The notes below the pieces were generated by a model. That model was not told where the DNA came from, did no database searches, and saw only the letters and a program-made list of their open reading frames with translations. Below, piece after piece: positions 61,619 through 64,000 of a DNA stretch of 64,000 nt. A program made the translations under genes and the position numbers. The DNA is taken from NCBI RefSeq assembly GCF_030028105.1, contig NC_092371.1:14839884-14903883 (forward strand), read 5' to 3'. How positions within the stretch are numbered: position 1 is the first letter of the stretch; every line of letters begins with the position of its first letter. Origin of the DNA: Mobula birostris (Eukaryota).

Positions 61619-64000
61619 TTGAATATTTAATCAGGAGCTTTCATGAACTGTTGGCCTTTATTGAAAAGCGTACAAAATACACACGTGCAGAAGATTTATG
61701 ACAAATTTGGTTTTGGTCTCAATACATCTGGAAAGTTATATTCGCAATGGAGGAGGAGGAGCGATAGTTCGCCATGTCGGTTCTTGGAAAGGAGCGGCTG
61801 ACCATATCAGAGAGGATCGGCACACAATGAAATCCCGAATATCCGCTTATTTATAGGGAGCTATGATATCGAATTATCTCGGGTTTGCCGTGTTTACACC
61901 AGGACACTCCGTAGTAATATCTCTTTGTGCAGCTCAGAACTGCATTGGATGATTGAAGACATGAGACAAATGAAAGGTACCGTACAAATGTATGCAAGTT
62001 CTTGTTCCTAACGCTCATGATGTGTTCGACAAGAGAACGATAGCGCCGCCGTTAGGGTAATTTCAGTGCATGCTTCTCATTTTCCAGGTTTGCAGTGGAA
62101 ACATTGTTCATTGTTCAAAGCATATTTATTATGAAATTATGTATACATTATTATCCTGAGATTCGCCTCCTAACAGGCAGCCACAAAACAAAGGAACCTA
62201 AAAGAACCCATTAAAAGAAGAAGACTGAAAAACAGTTAGTTGAATGCACAATAGAATGAAAACGCGGCACACTGACCGCTTCCCTGGATGTCCAGAGATT
62301 TTTCCTTTTCAAATCTGCACTGCATCTGCACGACAACAAGTAATCTAAAAATTATGGTCTGCTGAGTAGTAAATTATACTGGGTATAAAAGATTGGCACT
62401 GAAAGGTGAGCACTAATGGTGTGGTGGCGGTCGAACTCAGCCATACACGGGGATGCAGTCAGTAAACCAGCTTCAACAGGGAAACGAAGTGAGATTCGCT
62501 TTCCTGCAACACTTATCACATCCTGTTTCGCCTCCTACCATCAGGTAGAGTTACCGTACGTAGGACAAGGTCTGTTAGGATGGGAAACAGCTTGTCCCCA
62601 CCCCTCTTCCCAAGAGATAACTGAACTCCCTGCCACCAATGTTTCAAAGATCAAAGCGCTATTATTAAAGTATGTATGCTGTATGTAACCTTGAGATTTG
62701 TCTTCCCTAGGAAACAAAGAAACACCATGGAACCCGTTTCAAGAAAAGAAAAACATCCACACAATAAATAATATCGAACATCCTAAACGCGAAAAAGAAC
62801 AAACCGCCTAAACAACTAAAAGGGAGCAAATAATATGCAGAATATTAAACATCAAATCGCAAGAGTTCCTGACTTGTTCCGGGAGAAACTGCAACCGAGT
62901 CAGTTTAGGTCAGCGCTGTGCTGATGCCGCAGGCCACAGCCGCAGAGATATTTCCGCGACAACTCATAAAAAAAGTAAATGTAAAGTAAACAAAAACAGA
63001 CGGAACATGAACTGAACACTTTCCAAAACTGAGTCCACAGCCTTCTGATAATTCCACTGTGAAGCAACTTTAGGACACTTCCGTTTGTGAAATGTTCTCT
63101 CACAACATACTGTAGTTTTGGGCTGGGTACGGTATTTTCTACAACCGACCCGAAGGGCCTTGTTAGAGTCGAGATGGAGAGTGTGTTTCCTATAGTAGGG
63201 GTGTCTAGTACCACTGCCTCGAAATAGAAGGGCATCCCTTTAGAAGAGAGATGATGACGAATTTGCTTAGCAAGAAATCTATGGAATTAATCGCCACAGA
63301 CGGCTGCAGAGGTCCAGTCATAAGGTATGTTTTAAGCAAAAGGCATAGGTTCTTGAATAGTCAGTGTTTCGAAATAAATCCCAGTCCTGAAGAAAAGTCT
63401 CGGCCTGAAACATGAACTGTTTACTCTGTTCCATAGATGCTGCCTAACCTGCCGAGTTCCTCCAGCATTCTCAGTATGTTGCTTTGGCTTTTGAGCATCT
63501 GTAGATTTTCACGTGTTTGCGAGTTATTATTCTGGCCAGACCCCATCGATTTGCACCAAAATAACAGCGCTGCACACTCCTTCCATCCATGTACGTTGTT
63601 CCAAACCTGTCTTTCAACTTAAAATTAAACCCGAATTCATCACTTCCGCTGGGATCTAGTTCCACAGTCTCACCACAGTCTAAGTGAAGAAGTTCCCCTT
63701 CGGGTTCTCCTTAAATATTTACTCTTTCACTCTTAACCTATGATCTCTATTTTAGTGTAACAATCTGGGGAAGTTTTTACTGTTAACGTAATGGTCTTTC
63801 TGTAGAAGCAGTGCTTGGGTTATGGTTAGAGATAACGGGTACTTTGGAATGTGAGCTGTCCGATGAAGGGAGTGTGTTTTCGTATTGTGTGCTTGACACC
63901 GGTGTGAGCTGGGACTTCTGTTCGGCGGGAGATGACGCCGGAGAGAAGAGGTCGTAGGACTCAAACCGGAGCGGAGGCATGATTCGTCGAAGCCCAGGGA
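60889..64000 (+). repeat. Segmental duplication copy 2 (paralogous to 1-3065)
   Basis: Colinear match to the window start; runs off the window end. Confidence 0.95.
61697..61940 (-). pseudogene. Highly degenerate V(J) exon related to pseudogene A (candidate gene D)
   Basis: VLSCTKRYYYGVSWCKHGKPEIIRY...MVSRSFPRTDMANYRS...TKFVI. WCKHG matches WYKQG, and M-V-x3-F-x-R-x-D-x3-Y is in register with MVIENF*RNDSGIY of the 10.8-kb V. Confidence 0.5.

Overview
Vertebrate genomic DNA with a cartilaginous-fish repeat landscape, most likely a ray or skate (inferred from CR1 LINEs with (TTCTATG)n tails, Penelope-type repeats, Rex1 and hAT; not verified). Most of the window is decayed transposable elements, and there are two N gaps. 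Embedded in them is a cluster of non-rearranging antigen-receptor-like Ig-superfamily genes. (1) A near-intact minus-strand gene (27603-21684) has six phase-compatible exons: leader, germline-joined V+J-like domain, C1 domain, Cys-stalk/TM, a short cytoplasmic exon and an ITIM exon. It has no RSS. A single extra base just after the TM segment truncates the tail. (2) A plus-strand V-J pseudogene (10.8 kb) has candidate leader, TM and tail exons. (3) A highly degenerate minus-strand V of the same family lies at 61.7-61.9 kb and is duplicated at 0.8-1.0 kb; it may be linked to TM and tail remnants at 52-55 kb across a hAT insertion. (4) A germline-joined Ig light-chain type I (sigma-cart/NS5-like) leader+VJ pseudogene lies at 48.6-49.1 kb. 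Positions 1-3065 recur at 60889-64000, suggesting a ~60.9-kb segmental repeat unit. Other notable items are a Gmr1-like Gypsy element (integrase before RT, 4-bp TSD, three-LTR remnant), a CR1 nested in a hAT transposase, R4/Dong-type fragments and a minimal hammerhead ribozyme motif in a Penelope-type repeat. Exon boundaries were read by hand. Repeat boundaries are approximate, and family names come from recalled motifs, not database searches.
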